Below, in pieces: positions 61,289 through 64,000 of a DNA stretch of 64,000 nucleotides (position 1 is its first letter; every line of letters starts with the position of its first letter). The stretch is from an uncultured Myxococcales bacterium (GTDB lineage Bacteria > Myxococcota_A > UBA9042 > CAIXZC01). The DNA lies in NCBI GenBank assembly GCA_964593355.1, contig CAZQHM010000021.1, forward strand, positions 1,565 to 65,564, given 5' to 3'. Made by a program: the position numbers and the translations under genes. The notes beneath the pieces were generated by a model, which worked only from the letters and a program-made list of their open reading frames with translations, had not been told where the DNA came from and did no database searches.

Positions 61289-61779
61289 CGGCCCCCGCTG
61301 CGGCAACGGGCTTCTCGTTGGACTATGTGTTTATGTCGGAAGAGTACGAAGAATTTATTGGGACGCAGTTTAATGACAAGTTTTATATACTGCTGAAGGC
61401 TCCGCAGACCACTCAAAACAAGTGGACTATTATTAATTACACGGATTGCAGAGACCCGTCAGATTACCATGATTTTATTGACCCTGTTACTCAAAAGAAG
61501 CAGTGCTATCTGGCCATCAACACGGCCCTTAGCGAGCCGTGTAGTAACGTCAAGACAAACATATCTGGTACGGGATTTGAGTGCGGCTTCGGCGGAGCTG
61601 CCAATGGCTCATCGACTGGGTGGCTATACACGAACTGGTCGATAAACGGTGGCGAGACATTCCAGATCAAGTTCCATATACACGATACATCCGACGGTAT
61701 CTACGACTCTCTGGTAATACTGGACAACTTTCACTGGCTTACGGGCGAGTTTACGCAGGGAACGGCCTCACACAACTGA
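61216..61779 (+). CDS. C-terminal continuation of 60209 gene in the +1-shifted frame (low-GC domain, unknown function)
   Basis: The frame is open from ~61141 ('...GGTATDSFSGDTMYDAVEFVVTLTAPAAATGFSLDYVFMSEEYEEFIGTQFNDKFYILL...'). The switch point coincides with a GGGG run at 61217-61220. This part has ~47% GC against ~65% for the 5' part. Confidence 0.5.
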   Translation, partial: RGGTATDSFSGDTMYDAVEFVVTLTAPAAATGFSLDYVFMSEEYEEFIGTQFNDKFYILLKAPQTTQNKWTIINYTDCRDPSDYHDFIDPVTQKKQCYLAINTALSEPCSNVKTNISGTGFECGFGGAANGSSTGWLYTNWSINGGETFQIKFHIHDTSDGIYDSLVILDNFHWLTGEFTQGTASHN

Positions 61780-61796
61780 ACCAGACAACGGTCTGT

Positions 61797-63563
61797 TTAC
61801 GTCAGCTTAAGGCCCACTTCGGTCAACTGTGCGGGGTCTACGGAGGATGGACATCCAGACATCAGGCAGGAGCCGCTGGTGGTTTTCGGGAAGGCGATGA
61901 CGTCCCTGATGGAGGAGCAGCCCGTGAGCAGCATCACGATTCTATCCAGGCCCAGGGCCAGGCCGCCGTGGGGCGGGGCACCGTACTTGAGGGCATCCAG
62001 GAGGAAGCCGAACTTCTCCTTGGCACTCTCTTCGCCGATTTTGAGGGCGTTGAAGACTCTCTGTTGAAGCTCGGGGGTGTGTATTCGAATGGAGCCGCCG
62101 CCCAACTCTGTGCCGTTCATCACCACGTCGTAAGCACGGGCCCTCATCTTGGTGGGCTCTGTCTCCAGCAGGTGTGCGTCGCCGGGATGAGGCTGCGTGA
62201 AGGGGTGGTGCATGGCCACGGGGCGCTGAGCCTCCTCGTCCCAGTCGAACATGGGGAAGTCCACAACCCACAGCAGGGCAAAGTCTTTCATTCTCTCGGG
62301 GAAGACCTCTGGTCCAAGGATGAGCCGAAGCTGACCCAAGACGTGGAGCACCACCTTGGCGGGGCCGGCAACCATGAGGATTAGGTCTCCCACCTTGGCG
62401 TCCATCTGGTTCACGATGCGGTCGCCTTCCCAGTCCTTCAGATACTTCGCAACGGGGCCGCTGATGCCCTCGGCTTCAACCTTAGTCCAACTGAGCCCCT
62501 TGGCGCCGAACCCCTTGGCCTTCTCGTTTAGCTCGTCAAGCTCCTTGCGGGATTTCTTGGCCCCCAGGGGGACTCTGATTGCTCTCACAGTGCCGCCGCC
62601 CGCTATAATCTCACGATAGACGCCAAACTCGGCCCCCGAGAAGATCGCCGAGAGGTCTGTGATGGGCATCTCGAAGCGAAGGTCGGGCTTGTCCGACCCG
62701 TAGAGGCTCATGGCCCGTTCGTAAGGAAGCCGTGGGAAGGGGCGAACGGGCTCAACGCCGATCAATTCCTTCATTATTGCCGCCAACAGACCCTCGACCA
62801 TGTCCATGACGTCCTGCTCACATACGAATGACATCTCCATGTCTATCTGAGTAAACTCAGGTTGCCTGTCGGCACGCAGGTCTTCGTCACGGAAACACTT
62901 GGCAATTTGATAGTAGCGGTCATATCCGGCCACCATGGTGATCTGTTTGAAGAGCTGGGGCGACTGCGGAAGCGCGTAGAAACCACCCTTCTGCAGCCTT
63001 GATGGGACCAGGAAGTCTCTGGCCCCCTCGGGTGTACTCTTCATAAATATCGGGGTCTCAATCTCCACGAACCCCTGGCCATCCAAATAGCGATGCGTCA
63101 CCGCAGAAGCCGCTGCCCGCTTCAACAGCCTCTCCTGCATTATTGGCCTGCGCAGGTCCAGATATCGGTATCGAAGCCGCAGATCCTCGTGGGCATCCAC
63201 ATCGTCACGAATGGAGAAAGGCACAGTCTCCGCTCGGTTCAGAACCTCGAGCTTCTCCACCACAATCTCCACCTCGCCCGTGGGCATAGAAGAGTTGATG
63301 TTGCCCTCGCCACGCCCGGCAACCACACCCAATGCCCCCACAACCCACTCGGTCCTGAGAGAGGCCGCAACCTCGTACAGCGGCGAGTCCTTGGCGACGA
63401 AGAGCTGGGTGATGCCGGTGCGGTCTCTCAAAGCCAGGAATATCTGTCCCCCCAGGTTCCTCACCTGGTGCACCCAACCCATGAGCACCACCCGCTTGCC
63501 GATGTCCCCACCGCGCAAGGCACCACACATATGTGTTCTTCTGATTTGTTCTACAAACTCCAT
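61797..63563 (-). CDS. aspS: Aspartate--tRNA ligase
   Basis: '[50 protein letters not shown]' is the N-terminal anticodon-binding OB. Class II motifs '[23 protein letters not shown]' and 'GGGSIRIH...[12 protein letters not shown]' are present. The start is revised to the ATG at 63563; the ORF track extends further upstream. Confidence 0.9.
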   Translation of the reverse strand: MEFVEQIRRTHMCGALRGGDIGKRVVLMGWVHQVRNLGGQIFLALRDRTGITQLFVAKDSPLYEVAASLRTEWVVGALGVVAGRGEGNINSSMPTGEVEIVVEKLEVLNRAETVPFSIRDDVDAHEDLRLRYRYLDLRRPIMQERLLKRAAASAVTHRYLDGQGFVEIETPIFMKSTPEGARDFLVPSRLQKGGFYALPQSPQLFKQITMVAGYDRYYQIAKCFRDEDLRADRQPEFTQIDMEMSFVCEQDVMDMVEGLLAAIMKELIGVEPVRPFPRLPYERAMSLYGSDKPDLRFEMPITDLSAIFSGAEFGVYREIIAGGGTVRAIRVPLGAKKSRKELDELNEKAKGFGAKGLSWTKVEAEGISGPVAKYLKDWEGDRIVNQMDAKVGDLILMVAGPAKVVLHVLGQLRLILGPEVFPERMKDFALLWVVDFPMFDWDEEAQRPVAMHHPFTQPHPGDAHLLETEPTKMRARAYDVVMNGTELGGGSIRIHTPELQQRVFNALKIGEESAKEKFGFLLDALKYGAPPHGGLALGLDRIVMLLTGCSSIRDVIAFPKTTSGSCLMSGCPSSVDPAQLTEVGLKLT

Positions 63564-63786
63564 GGAAGCCCCCAGATGATGCGTAACGTGCCCAACGCAC
63601 GAAGCTGGCCCATTGAATGAAAACCCGCCGCCGAAGGCCACAAAGCGCCCGGAGGCGGGCCAGAAAGTAGCGCACTTCGCTCCATATTTCAACATTCATG
63701 CAGAGCGATGAGCGTCGCAGGGGATTCTCTGGGCCCGGTCCAGCCCCTATGGCAATCGCTTAGTGCTTATGTGAGTAGGGCGCCGA

Positions 63787-63984
63787 TCAGGTAAACGGAC
63801 TGAGCCCACCCTCTCGCTTCACTCCCAGGAAGGTTGCAGCAATGTCGCCAAGTCGCTTCCTCTGGTCGGGGGCACCCGTTCGTTTCTCGTAGTCCAGCTC
63901 AATGGCCGACAGGATGGTGTTGAGTGTCTCGATGTCCAGCAGCAGGCCCGCTGGAAGCTCACTGAGCATGCCCTCCAGGTTCAT
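63787..63984 (-). CDS. Small hypothetical protein (65 aa) upstream of aspS
   Basis: An ORF only, with no recognisable motif. It is co-directional with aspS. Confidence 0.2.
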   Translation of the reverse strand: MNLEGMLSELPAGLLLDIETLNTILSAIELDYEKRTGAPDQRKRLGDIAATFLGVKREGGLSPFT

Positions 63985-64000
63985 AGGGCAGCAGTCGCGC

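Noticed and set aside
1-64000. CRISPR arrays, tRNA/rRNA genes, IS elements / integrases
   Set aside because: Intergenic regions were inspected and none fits. There are no short regularly spaced direct repeats, no tRNA-like GTTC-loop sequences, and no transposase or recombinase ORFs. The hsdR piece is a fragment, not a mobile element.

Overview
High-GC (about 62-66%) bacterial chromosomal window with no rRNA, tRNA, CRISPR, transposase or integrase. The gene content suggests Myxococcota or a similar lineage; that is an inference from Cys-rich repeats, a MopE-like DGDGY lipoprotein, a MYXO-CTERM-like tag, many lipoproteins and PAS histidine kinases.

Housekeeping genes are murC-murD-pheS-pheT, hutI, efp and aspS, plus a glycosyltransferase and a SAM methyltransferase.

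The dominant feature is one uninterrupted 26,106-nt minus-strand ORF (25166..51271, 8,701 aa). It appears to encode a giant Cys-rich modular lipoprotein with five module types:
- about 18 N-terminal ~35-aa CC repeats;
- three proprotein-convertase-type P-domains with no S8 peptidase domain;
- about 22 CDDGxxCNGxExC repeats nested in three super-repeats;
- about 22 repeats of ~180 aa interrupted by three C-type-lectin/FGE-like modules;
- three PPC-like beta-sandwich domains.

This gene lies directly downstream of efp-marR on the same strand. It is convergent with a PAS hybrid histidine kinase / REC-GGDEF pair, and a second PAS hybrid kinase is adjacent; I flag this as a candidate previously undescribed giant-adhesin / c-di-GMP locus.

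The first 7 kb holds a family of smaller Cys-rich secreted proteins with different C-terminal domains (a clan-CD-like peptidase-like domain and an FGE-sulfatase domain). They are interleaved with three gene remnants: an internally deleted paralog fragment with a 93-bp direct repeat, an hsdR N-terminal fragment, and a histidine-kinase ATPase fragment.

A 45-bp palindromic element with covarying stems occurs twice, at ~3770 and ~15614. Two probable frameshifts or fusions (60.2-61.8 kb and 57.3-60.1 kb) and several low-GC patches inside otherwise GC-rich ORFs are also noted. Coordinates of sub-gene features are approximate (+/- a few nt to tens of nt).
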